Assembly: GCF_009914755.1 (NCBI RefSeq)
Contig: NC_060928.1
Origin: the human T2T-CHM13v2.0 reference genome, Homo sapiens
Direction: 5' to 3' (one strand)
Length of the DNA: 64,000 nt
The position numbers were made by a program, and so were the translations under genes. This document shows, piece by piece, positions 15,366 through 29,270 of the stretch. Under the pieces are notes generated by a model, which worked only from the letters and a program-made list of their open reading frames with translations, was not told the origin of the DNA and ran no database searches. Position 1 is the stretch's first letter. Every line of letters begins with the position of its first letter.

Positions 15366-16485
15366 TCTTGGTATTGTTATTGCAAAAGAGTCAGAAGACC
15401 AGTGATTCCAAGAGAAAAAAAAGGACATCTTTCCATTATGTTTTTAAAAGCAGAGATCCATTTTAAAGATCTTTTGAGGAGAGATGAACATAAAGGATTG
15501 TCTAAATACAAACCCTCCTCAGACTCTAATCTTAAATCTCTTAAATCTAAAACTTAGTTTCCCCATTTTAAACTAGATATATGGTTACTTTCAATCATTC
15601 ATTTAGGAAATAATTTTGGAGCACTTGCTCTGTGTAAGGACCAGTTGTGAGAGACGGGCAATAAGCACAGCACAAGCCCTGCCGTCAATGTCTCAAGGCT
15701 GGTAAGAAAGGCTCAGAAGCAAACAGGAACTCACAGCTCAGTTCCTAAGGCCTCAATAGGACTGAGCCCTGGATGTTCCTGAAGCATACAGAGGAGCTTC
15801 TTTATTTGTGAGATTTTAACAAGGACTAACCAATGACTAGAATAATAGTGTTCTACTTTGTTTGGCTTTCAAATGCCTGAGCAAGTAAAAAGCATTATCC
15901 TCACAATGAGCAATATCGCTAACTGCATTTCACCTGTTCACCATATGCAAATATGCCTGAAAGACTAAATATCATTTAAATCCAAGGTCCAGGTATTCAT
16001 CATAGTATTACCCACTATACTCTTCTATTTTCAATAGATATTTCATACATAAATCAGCAGGTGCATCTCATCAGCGCAAGTCTCACTTTTCATATCTATG
16101 GAATGGTAATATCACTACCACAGGCAACAGGAATTTGAGGTTAAATACAAGGCAATGGTTAAATTTAAGGAGGAAAAATAATTTTCCTATAATTACTGTC
16201 AACCTGAAAAATTGAATTATAGTATTTATTATCCTGTAATAACTAGTGGAATAATAAAAGTCATAAGAAAGAGAAGGCTTCAAGTCATCAGCCTTGGCAG
16301 ACACGGGGAGATCACCGGTGACCCCTCGGACATTTTCTCAGCCCTGGCTCACCTTGGCCTCTCCCAGGCATGTACTGCTGCCCTCTCTTCACCTTGGAAT
16401 TCTATCTTCCTTTGTCTTCTTCACTCGGTGTCTGGTCTTCCCACGTCTTAAGCAGTTCTTTCTCTTATTTCTTCACTTACTTTAT

Positions 16486-17352
<867 letters not shown>

Positions 17353-18020
17353 CTATGTATTCCTCCCCACTTCAAAATGACATTAACTCTAAATTGTCCC
17401 ATTTTTCTTCCCCTTCCTACAACCTCAGCAAAAGCAAAACTTAAATTTTTACTTCCAGCCCTGATCACTCACGAGATGTGAAGCTATAGCTACAAGTACC
17501 TGCTTGACATTGCCAACCTCACTTACACAACATGTCTACAATGAAAATTCTTCTGATCTCCAGATTTACCTCTCGCTTTGGATGTTTCCAATGGCAGCAT
17601 CATTCTTCCAGCCCATGAGATTCAATATTTTGGAATGAAACATTCCCCCATAACCACCAGTAAGTCACTTTATAATATGGATTTCTTCATTAATACAATT
17701 TATATGGCTATTTCTAGGACTATTTCTACCACCATCAGTCAATTTAGAAACTAAAGTTTTATGCCTATATTCTAGCATTTGTTTCCTAAAAGCTTTCTCT
17801 GTGCCTTTTCTTTTCCTGTCCTTTCTCTTACATGTCATTACTAATTTAATCTTCCCAAAATAGTATGTTTCACCATCACATGTGTGTCCAAAGCTCTTTA
17901 AAACCATATTATTATTTATTGGAGTCAGACCTTGTGATTTCTCAAGGCAATAAAACCTGAAAAAAAAAATCTGCTCACATAAACTTGCCAGCTAATAATT
18001 CTGCCAAGTAACAGCATACA

Positions 18021-18320
18021 AGGAAAAAGAGAAAAGAAGAGAAGAAGCAGGAGGAGGGAGAGGAATATGAGGAAGGAAAAGAAAGGACTGAAGGACTAGG
18101 GAGAAGGAAGGTGGGAGAGAAGAAAGAAGGAAGGATGGAATGAGGGAGGGAGGGAGGGAAGGAAGGAAGGAGAGGACAGGAAAGGAAAGGAAAGGAAAGG
18201 AAAGGAAAGGAAAGGAAAGGAAAGGAAAGGAAAAAGGAAAGGAAAGGAAAGGAAAGGAAAGGAAAGGAAAGGAAAGGAAAGGAAAGGAAAGGAAAGGAAA
18301 GGAAAGGAAAGGAGGGAGAG
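18021..18320. repeat. Polypurine tract ending in about 26 units of (GGAAA)n at 18179-18312
   Basis: Direct reading; one aaaaa interruption near 18231. Confidence 0.97.
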
Positions 18321-18864
18321 GTCGGTCCTGACAAATGAAGTGTATTTCCTCAATCAAAGGATATTTTAAAATTAAAATAGGACAAAGAACAATTTTAAAA
18401 TAAAAGAATTCTTTCAAGTTGAATAAATCTAATAATATGAAAAATATAATCCATTTTCTTTCCTTTTTTCATTTCAACACCGTAGAGTTTGGGAATCACA
18501 GCCTGTAGGATGAACTCTAAATTCAATTCGGTTTCTTAGGTTGTTGATAATCTGGTCTACATTTTCTATTTCCAAGAATTCCTTCCACTTATTTCTACTC
18601 CAGTCAAATGCATCTCCTCTCAATTTCGTCAACACATCCCCACCCTGTTTGCTCTTTCTCTATAATATGCTCCCCATCCCCTTTCTTTGCTGACATCCTA
18701 GTCTCCCTTCAAGGCCCTGTCTGTCTCAGTTCCTCCACAAGCATAAAACCTTTTTCTGGTACTCTTTCCCTTCTTGCTCTAAGCTCCTGGAAGCCACTAT
18801 TTCCCGGTAAATATTATGTGAAATTTTGTTGCCTAATTTATTCCATCCATTTGTCAACAACTAA

Positions 18865-19740
18865 CAGCTCCAAAGTTTGTACATCCAATCCAGACCTCTC
18901 TCAGAACTCCAGACTTGCATATTCAGGGGCCTGACATTTCCACTGCGATGTCCAATAGACATCCCTCATTCAACCTCACCACAACTGAACTTCTCTTTGC
19001 TCTGAAACTGCTGTGCCTGATGACAATTCATCCTTCTATTTGGCAAAACCACAGTTGCTTTTGCATCAACCTAATAGTTGCTCAGGCAAAAACACTTGGA
19101 GCTATTCTTAATTTCTTTCTTTATCTCACATCCCACACCTAATCTGTCTAGGCATCCCATAAACTTCCCCTGTAAAATATATTCTAATTCAACCCTTCTC
19201 ACCATCTCCAATTTGATCACCCCAGTGGGGCTACCCTCCTCTGGGTGGGGAAGGATTCCTGCATTACTGCAATAGCCACAGAATTGGGCTTGATGTTTCC
19301 ACGTTTGCTGCTACTCGCAAAGTCTGTTTTCATACAGCAGCCAGAGTGATCCTTTCAAAACAGTGAATCAAATCATGTCACCTTCCAAGGTCTTCCTGTT
19401 TCACTCAGAAGAAAAGCTCAGGTCCTGACAATAACTATACACCCTACAGGATCTGCCCTGCTCCTGCCACTCTCTCTTCCTTATCCAGAGGCTCCCACTC
19501 TCCCTGACTACTTCCATTCCAGCACACTGGCTGGTTGCTCTTCTTGAAACTTGCCAGAGACTTGTCACCTCAGGCTTTGCTCTAGCTGCTCCCTCTGTGT
19601 GGAGCACTATTCCCTCAGATGGTCTGCAGGCCTCACTCCCTTAACTTCAAGTCTTTTCTCAAAGCCTTCCTTCTTACGGAGAATCATCTTGACCCCTTCT
19701 TGACTGTTACAGCTTGCTCCTTTCCCCTTACCTCATCACT
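18865..19740 (+). mobile_element. L2 (L2a-like) fragment
   Basis: ccagacctctctcagaactccagact, gttgctcaggcaaaaacacttggag, cagcagccagagtgatcctttcaaaac. Confidence 0.75.
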
Positions 19741-21000
19741 GACACATCAATGATCATTTTTCTGAAATCTCCCCACTCTTAAACCATCTTGAGTCATATT
19801 ACCCTCACTCAGGAGCAAGAACTAGAAAGTCTTCCTTAAAGCACACAACCTATACATCCCAGATGAGTCATTTAGCCTCAGCATCCTTGCATGTGAAAAT
19901 CATGCATTGTTATAGGATAGGAACAAAGACCTGTTTTCCTGCTTGCATGGAAGAAAGGAAGAAAAAGACAGTTTGTAGGTGTAGAATAGGAAGAAGGATG
20001 AGGAAGGAATGCCATTTCAGTGAGCTAAACACTGAGAAACTACAAACCACAAATATTTGTAATTTCAACCACATCCTGAGGGACCAGAAAACCAGCAAAC
20101 TGCAACATCCACAAAATCTACAAATTGCAACATGCGCTAGAAATGGGAGAAAAAAAACCCTCCCCAAAAAGCACAAATACAAAAACAAAAAACCTAGCTA
20201 TTTTCAAAATAGAAGTAGCTGTTGGTAAAGACTTATCCAAGGAGTTAAAAAGTGACCCAAGGGTCCATATGATGTGCCTTTTACCTGAAGCATTGTCTTA
20301 AAATGAGAAATGCAACTACCTCTATACAGATAACATTGAATTGTTTTGTTTTGTTTTCTGTTGGAAGGGTATCTCTCGAATTAGTAGATCAAAATCAAAA
20401 TATAAAACAATGAAACCGTGAGATGTGAGAAAATGTTTAGGTTTAGGATTTTGGTCTTTTGGAGGGCAGGAATTTTTCTTTTTTTGCTTTGATTTACATA
20501 TTTTTTACAAAATATATTTAGAAATAATAACCATGTGGTTGGTCCTGTTTAGTGCTGCCCGTTTCCACGTGCAATAATATAATATTGAAACTTTCTATAA
20601 ATCCACAAAATTAAATAAAAGGAAGAAAATGTCTACTGAATGGAGCTTATATTTCAAAATACTGCATTTAGGTAATGCAAATCAGTAATCTCAAAATATA
20701 TATTCGATGTGGTTACAAATTAAGATAGTATCAAGCTGTCAAAGTCAACTTTCTCATTCAGAAAGCACCAATATTTTAAATGAACAAAATAAAAAAGTCA
20801 CACATTAAAATGCAATAATTTGATTTCAAACCATGATAAATGTTTAGATACTGTAATCTAACCTTCCTAACAGAAAACATAATTTCTATATTTAATGTTT
20901 TAAGAAAAAAAGTGCTTCATTTGTAAATTATTATCTTACCTTATTTTGATTTCAAATATGCCTTTTAAATTCTATAAGTATGAAAATCAAATGCATACTA

Positions 21001-21321
<321 letters not shown>

Positions 21322-21398
21322 TTAAAACCAGAGGAGTAGGAGATTTTTATTTCCTTATGTAATTCAAAACCAGCCAGAAAACATACTTAAAGAGTAAG

Positions 21399-21688
21399 GG
21401 TCTCAAACTCCTGACCTCAGATGATCCACCCACCTCGGCCTCCCAAAGTCCTAGGATTACAGGCATGAGCCACCGTGCCCAGCATGGCCAACATAGTGAA
21501 ACCCCATCTCTAGTGAAAATACAAAAATTAGCCAGGTGTGGTGGTGGGCCCCTGTAATCTCAGCTACTCAGGAGGCTGAGGCAGGAGAATTGCTGGAACC
21601 TGGGAGGCGGAGGTTGCAGTGAGCCAAGATCATGCCATTGCACTCCAGCCCGGGCCGACAACAGCGAGACTCAGTCTCAAAAAAAAGG
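21399..21688 (+). mobile_element. AluS (Sq-like) with inverted 5' end (21399-21483 antisense, 21485-21688 sense)
   Basis: TSD aaagagtaag at 21389-21398 and 21689-21698 encloses both parts. Confidence 0.9.
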
Positions 21689-22406
21689 AAAGAGTAAGAG
21701 TCACAGCTTTTGGTAAATTATGCCAGCTTTTTTCTTCCTTAGTTCTAATCTTTACTTATTAGTCAGGCAAACTTATTAAGTGGACTAATTGTTTCTTTAC
21801 AAAGTAGTAACAGAAATACAGGCATTAAGAAATTTCCAAATCCAGAAAAATGCCAAGGTTGTTTCAGGTTCACAAAAACCTACAAAGAAAGAAAAGCTTT
21901 AGATCCCATTTAGCCTATTTCTCTGTCTCTAGGTATTACTACTAAGAATATAAAACTGGAAGCAATAAACCAGTCAAAAATAAAATATAAAGAAAGTGAA
22001 TATGAAAGACAGCAACAAAGAAAAGAAAGGGAGAAAGATTTATTTGCAGGTATTTGTTGCAGATGGTCCAAAGATATTAAAATATCCCGACAAAGGTACA
22101 AAGAAGAGATAATAATTTTTGTCCCTGGCTAAGAAATATTATAGTTAAAATATAGTTCTTATTTTGAAAATATGATTTCAAATTATAAAACAAGTAATAA
22201 TCATTAAAATTTCATTAATTTAGATTGATTATTTGGGATTAGCCTAGAGTTAGTAATTTTTTATTATAAAAATAACTAAAACAAGATATCAAAAGGGAAA
22301 AAAATGACAAGAGGGTTTGTATGGAAAGAGCTCTTTTCCAAAATAGTTTACAAAGGATATTATCATATAATTGGTTTGCAAACAAATCAAAGCCATCCAT
22401 CCACAG

Positions 22407-22727
22407 GGTAGGCATGGTGGCTCACGCCTATAGTCCCAGCCCTTTGGAAGGCTGAGGTGGGAGGACTGCATGAACCCAGGAGTTTGAGACCAGCCCCGGC
22501 AACACAGTGAGATGCCCATCTCTACAAAAAGTAAAAATAAAAATAATTAGCCGGGCATGGTGGCATGTGCCTATAGGTCCAACTATTCAGGAGGCTGTGG
22601 CAGGAGGATCACTTGAGCCTGGGAGGTTGAGGCTGCAGTCATCTCTGATTGAGCCACTGCACTCCAGCTTCAGCAACACAGTGAGACTCTGTCAAAAAAA
22701 AAAGCAAAAACAAAAACAAAAAACAAA
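22407..22727 (+). mobile_element. AluJ, full length
   Basis: ggaggatcacttgagcctgggaggttgaggctgcagt; A/CAAAAA tail. Confidence 0.9.
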
Positions 22728-22779
22728 CTCCCAGAAACAATCTCAAGCTGTTGACAGAAAGGGGAGATAAGAAATATTA

Positions 22780-22965
22780 TTCAGTTCTTACTATTGCCAG
22801 ATGCTATCCTAGGCATTTTATGGGCATTATCTATTTCAACCCTTCACAATAGCCCTTGAAGTAAATAGTAGTTTCACAGTTTTACAGATGGGGGGCAGGA
22901 GGCCCAGAAATGTTAATTACTTTGCCCAAAGTAATACAGCTAGGATTCTAACTTTGAACTCTTTC
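22780..22965 (-). mobile_element. MIR fragment
   Basis: ttttacagatg...gaggcccagaaatgttaattactttgcccaaagt. Confidence 0.6.
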
Positions 22966-23189
22966 CATCATATCAGAGAGGCTTGATTAAATGATGAAAT
23001 CAAAGTCCTTAATGTGTTTTTTTTCTCAATGTGCTATTTGGTTTGGATTCATACAAGAAAGCTACTGGGAAGGATATTCCTGGCAAAGTTCAAGCTAAAT
23101 TCAATCAAAATATAGAAATACTTCTATTAAAATATTTCTGTGTAAAGTATTTACTTCAAAGCATCTTGTTTAAAAAGATGGTTTAGCTA

Positions 23190-23478
<289 letters not shown>

Positions 23479-26400
23479 AAAAAGATGGTTTAGCTAAATC
23501 CAGAAGAGAATAAGAATTCTGGATGTTTACATCTAATTAACTATACTTCTGAACTATTCCAACACAGAAGGCCAAGTGGCGTATTAAGAAAGAAAACTTA
23601 AACCTAATTGCTCATTCTGAAGAAATGGGTGCCTTGTTTTGTTTTTTTAATGACTAAGCATAATCAAATAAAAAATTGTCTTCCCTAGTTCTTAATTCCT
23701 CTACTTTAAAGAATGTGGCCTGAATCATCTGACATGTTGGCATGGTTTTATTTTTTGGAAAGATAATTTTCATTCATAATAATATGTGATTCTTGCAGGT
23801 AATCTTACTGATTCAACTTTAAGGGATCAGTAGACATTGACTGAAGTTGTTTATAATCTGACAGTTAAAATTCACCAGAAACGAACAAGTTCTCTAATTA
23901 ATGAAGGAAACATTCAAACTTTTAATGCCTAAAAAAATGAAATGAGAACAGAAGATGTCATTTTAAAACAAAGTTTACTCTTTCCTATGGTAGAAATGCA
24001 TGCTGATATGATCTTGTAACCGACAAAAATAACTGCATTCTCCGAAAATCTCATTCTAGTATAATGTGGCTGGTGTAAAAAAAAAACAAAAACTGAGTTA
24101 ATTCTCCGCAGATATAGAAATCCACTTGATGATATATGATGTATGGAACTGAAACAAGAATATCTTCCTCCTTTTGAGAGTAGTAGTAGCAGCGTGATCA
24201 AAATGTAACCATAAACACCACTCATAATTACAGGCAATTGTTGATTTCTTACTAAGAACCAGACACATTAATTCATCTTCTCATTTAATTCTCACAACAA
24301 CCTACTGAGGTCAGCACTAGCATCATCTCCATTTTGCCCATGAAGAAACAAGCTTATAAAGGTAACTTGTCCAAATATTGGACTTCACTGACTCTGTACT
24401 CAAAATGCTTTCACTTCTACAACATACTACTTTAATCCTCCACATGTATTTTAGCATCTTATATTTAAATTTCTCTCATTAGTATGAGTTTCATTTGAAT
24501 CTTCTAGCTTTTTACTACATTCACATATTTCTCATGGTTAACTAGAATGGCATTTACTATATGCTAAAGCAATATATTTACTTGTGAATATATATATTTA
24601 TGAATATGTGTGTATAGATATATGTATTCTGTGAAAATTTTTCAGAAAAGTTGCAAATATGAAAAACACAGTTACATCTGCTTTTAAACTTTGCTGCTTC
24701 TTTAGAAAAACATTTTTGAAATTATTGGTATGGTACTGGCACCATCATTAAGCTAGAGCCTTTGCCCAAAGCTATGCTACTCCTTTTCTGGCATAGATTG
24801 AGAAAACCGCCCACTGTAATGCAAACCAAATTCGGTAAGCTTTCTTTGCCTCAAGAGTCAACTATACATATTTAGTGTTTTCTGTCATATTTTATGTCAT
24901 TTCTGTTAGCATCTATGGATTGTTATTCCTACTCCTACATAACTTCTACTTCTAGTTAGTATGTTTCTGACAGTGGAAGCCATACGCTCAGTAACAGAGG
25001 CTTTCTTATGGGCAAAAATGTATTAAAACAACATTGTGTTTACTTAGTTGCAAACATATATGGGAGGCAAGAGAGCAGTTCATTTTTATTTGCCCCAAGG
25101 ATCTAATAATATTGAAAAAGGGCATTTGGGCGAAACTGGAGTCCTGAGTTTGAACCCTCATCACTCCATTTTTAATCTTCCATTTCTCAATCTGTAAAAT
25201 GGGGATAACTGTACCTATTTCAAAGTTGTTTTAAGGAACAGAGCTTGGTAAAATAATATACATAAAATATACAACACAATACCTGGGACACAACAGGTAC
25301 TCCATAAATTACCGTTAACACCTGAATATTTGTCTAATGGATTATTTAGAATATCAAGGTACTTTTTAATAAACCTTTTAGATCCAAGCTAAGAAGAAAT
25401 GTATATAGAAGCAATAAAATCATTATGTAATACCTTTTGTTTAATTTAATTAATTTCTATTCTGCTCACTGCCATATAAAAATATTGTAAGCTAAATTGT
25501 TCAAAAAATGCCTACTATATAATGTCAGGCAGTTTCATGTAAAAAATTTTTTCAATGCCATATTCTTCCTGTTATAAAACATGACCTTGATTAAATCCAA
25601 CATTATAGCTATGTTGAGCTCTGTGCTTAAACCTCAGGCCTAAAATCACACTCCAAATTGGTTTAGGAATATCTGCCAATAAAATCACTCAATCAGTCAC
25701 TTATTTTATTACTAGTTAATTAAATGAGTATTTATTAATTGATTGTAGTAGCAATGATAATTGGGCTGTACTTGGTAAAATGGCTGCAGTAACAAATAAT
25801 ACAAATTACAATGTAAATAAAAGGAAGCCCCGTAAACAATTACAAAAGAATGCGATATTAAATAGGTTTAGGCACAGGGGTTCTAGAGGGCTGTGTGGGA
25901 GATTCAACAGACTTGGCCTTGGCATAGAGGCATTAGCAAAGTTTTCCTGCAGGAAGTCGACTACAGGATGAAACTTAAAGAATGATCAGAAGTTAGGAAA
26001 TGAGATTAGAAAGGAGTCCATGCAGATGGAGCACTCCGACAGGGTGGAAGGCAAGAAAGGGACAGGGACAGAACAGTCAAGGCAGTAAAAGTGATTCAGT
26101 ACTCCAGCAACAAAAGAGGGTGAGAGTAAGAATGAAATGGCTCCAGGTTGAAAAGGGGAGCAGAGAAAAGATCATTGAGTCCCTGGATGCCATCTTTAGA
26201 CATCTGGAATTCGTCTTAAGAGTTTTAAGTTTGATAGAAATATAGTTAGAAATGTGTTTTACAAATATCATTCTTGTTACAGTGTAAGGCAGGGGTCTGA
26301 AGAATAAATTTCAAAAGTAGAAAGACCAGTTAAGAAAGTCTCAGTGTACTTGAAATAAGTACCAAAGTAGAATTGAACTAAAATAGTGGCAATGAGGTTA

Positions 26401-26789
26401 GTGTGAAAACAAAAACTGAGACATATTAGGAGTTAGAATAAAAAGGACATGGACATTTATTGGATGTAGGAGGTGAGGAAGAAGAAAAAAGGATGACCTC
26501 AAAGTTTCTGTCTTACACAAGTAGGTGGGCAGTCTTGCATAGGGAACACAGAAGGAGCAAGTTTGAACAGAAGGATGTGAGTTTAATTTGGGACCTCCAA
26601 GTTTAAGGTGCCTGTAGAAAATCCAAGTGACTTTGTAGACATTTGGATAGGAGGCATTTGGACAGCAGACTTAAAGCTAGTAAAAAGATCTTGCCAGGAA
26701 ATTTGGAGCTCATCAGGAAGAAAAAGGGAGCCATAGAAAGGGTGAGTTTATAAGTCAAGTATCCTCCAACCATGATAAAAACTGAGGGG

Positions 26790-27077
26790 CACTGGACACT
26801 GTGGCTCACGCCTGTAATCCCAACACTTTGGGAGGCCAAGGCGGGTGGTTGGCTTGAGCCCAGGAGTTTGAGACCAGCCTGGGAAACATGGTGAAACCCT
26901 GTCTATACAAAATGTACAGAAAATTAGCAGGGTGTGGTGGTACATGCCTGTAGCCCCAGCTACTCAGGAGGCTGAAGTAGGAGGATCACCTGAGCCAGAA
27001 AGGCCAAAAGTACAGTGAGTCAGATCATGCCACTTCACTCCAGCCTGGGTGACAGTGAGACCCCACCTCAAAAAGAA
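26790..27077 (+). mobile_element. AluJb-like, full length, antisense to ANTXR2 (candidate exonised right arm)
   Basis: Alu dimer; aaaaactga on both sides. Confidence 0.93.
26964..27066 (-). CDS. ANTXR2: Alu-derived alternative coding exon of ANTXR2: (E)[33 protein letters not shown]-stop, giving a 322-aa form without TM
   Basis: Antisense Alu poly-T then gag|G is phase-compatible with exon 10. 289+33=322 aa, the size of the known CMG2-322 isoform (recalled). Confidence 0.75.
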
Positions 27078-28404
27078 AAAACTGACAGTTAAGAGACTGT
27101 AAAAACAAAAGTAGTCTAAAGGGATATCTGAGGAGAAAGGGGAGAAACAGCTAGGGTGAGAATATGAAGTCACAAAAGACAAGGGAAAACCTTCTGAGAC
27201 AAGAGTGGCACCTTGTGCAGATAATACAGGGAGGTAAGGGAAGATAATGCTGGGAAATGGCAACACTTTCAACTTAATTTTCTATAAATTGGTTCTACAC
27301 TGTTTAATATTTCTTAACAAATATCTTAATCCATGCTTTGCTCCATCATTAAAATATGTTTTTTCAAAGTAGAAGGATAGAAGAAAGCTTAACAACTTAA
27401 TGTAACAAAAAGATTGATTGAAGTGTACTTTCATGTCAACTGACAATTAATAGTAATAAAATTAAATTCAAACATAGTAAAGTCATTCCACATGAGAAAT
27501 TATTAAATAGTACTATGATACACAATTTAGTAAATAAAACTCACTAAGTCCTAATAGTCACATACTTCTATTTAATGTCTAAAGATGCATGACTCTTCCA
27601 AAACAGGAGAATGGCTCAGTGCCATATGTCAAAGCTATTCTGATCTAAGAAATGTTATACTCCATGAATTATGATTGACATTTCAATCCACAGTAACCTA
27701 TTTGCAAAGTATTCATTTGCTTCTGACTTTATATATATCCAATAAAAGATTGTCATTTTATGATCCATTAAAAAGGATGAAAAAATTAAATAAAATTGTG
27801 AAAGACATTTGCTGGAAGTAATAAATAATTTACCTTCAATTTGCACATACTGAAAATTAAACTGGCAGCTACTCAAAAAGTTATTACAATTATGGTGACT
27901 TAAGATATTTTGAAATCAAGTGATACTATTTAATGCTCTGCAGTGCTTTTTAAAAGATAGTTTTATGAATGATAAAGATTTTAAGTTGGAAGATAAGATT
28001 CCATATTCATGAATAGTTTAAAGGTACCACTTCTAGTAATTAGTTTATATGTAAATTAATGTTTTGACTAAGGATACTTTCTTAAAAGTGGCTAAAAGAT
28101 TTTTGAATTAAATGACTTATTTTTAGCATATCTCAATATGTGTAATAGATAAAACAAAAATTGCAGTTAGCAAGATGTCTACATTTCAGAAGGAAAAAGA
28201 GCTATATTCAGAGATTTACTGGACATCACAGGAAAGCTGTATTATAATTGTTCTGAGTATTGCACTAAAAATAAGCACTTTCCATTTGCTGTGTGTTTTT
28301 TAATAACATTCTAAAAAGACACTTAAAAAACAATCACCAAGTCAATTTAGTGCCTAAATCAATCAAATTGAGTGCCTTTCATCCAAAACTTTAAAGAGTC
28401 TTAG

Positions 28405-28767
28405 TGATATGGTTTTGCTGTGTGTCTCCACCCAAATCTCATTCTTGAATTGTAATCCCCCCGTGTAAAGGGAGGATCCTGATAAGAGGTGAATGGGTTA
28501 TGGGGATGGTTTCCCCCATCCTGTTCTCATGATGGTGAGTGAGTCTCACGAGATCTGATGGTTTTAAAAGTGGCCATTTTTCCTGGGCTTGCACTTCTCT
28601 CTCCTGCCACCATGTGAAGGTCTTTGCTCCCCCTTAGCCTTCTGCCATGACTAAGTTTCCTGAGGCTTCCCCAGTCATGTAAAACTGTGAGTCAATTAAA
28701 CTTCTTTCCTTGATAAATTACCCAGTCTCGGCAGTTCTTTATAGCAGTGTGAGAACGGACTAATACA
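28405..28767 (+). mobile_element. THE1D-like MaLR solo LTR
   Basis: tgatatggtttt...cccaaatctc ... gagaacggactaataca; TSD cttag/tttag. Confidence 0.9.
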
Positions 28768-28949
28768 TTTAGTAATAATGAAAAGCTTTGATAATATAAA
28801 ATTTAGAAGCAGATATATAAGAGGATTTAAGTACCTATTTCAAGAATATTCTCTACATCCTTATAGGTGTCCATCTTTAAATACTTTTCATTGTCCAAAT
28901 AATTATCTACTAAATAATTTAGTAGAATTATCTACTAAATAATTCTAAA

Positions 28950-29270
28950 TTTTAGAAAGTATTTCCTTATATTGATCTGAAATGTGCTTCCCCTTAACTT
29001 CACCCTTTTTCTCCTATAGCAATAAAGAACAATTCAAATCTGTCTGTCATGTGACAGATCTTTCAATGTTTGGAGAGTTAATGCATCACATCTGAATAGT
29101 ATTTTTTTCAGTATTTTAAATTGTATCCTATTTAACATTCCCATACATGGTGACATCTTATTAGCCACCCCTCCAGGTGTTCATGTGTTAAAAGACATTG
29201 CCAGAACCGTATATAATACTTAGGATGAAGAGGCAATGCAGATGAGGTGAACTTATCACATTGATAGATA
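28950..29270 (-). mobile_element. L3/CR1 fragment
   Basis: agaaagtatttccttatattgatctgaaatgtgcttccccttaacttcaccc resembles the recalled CR1 3' region. Confidence 0.45.

Larger units (their letters stand above)
25690..27260 (-). mobile_element. L2 fragment(s) hosting an AluJ
   Basis: gaaagaccagttaagaa, ttattggatgtaggaggtgaggaagaag, gagtttaatttgggac, ggaaatttggagctcatcag; ends approximate. Confidence 0.55.

Noticed and set aside
17975-18417. Overlapping ORFs with FPFLS or GKERK repeats
   Set aside because: Translations of the (GGAAA)n microsatellite.
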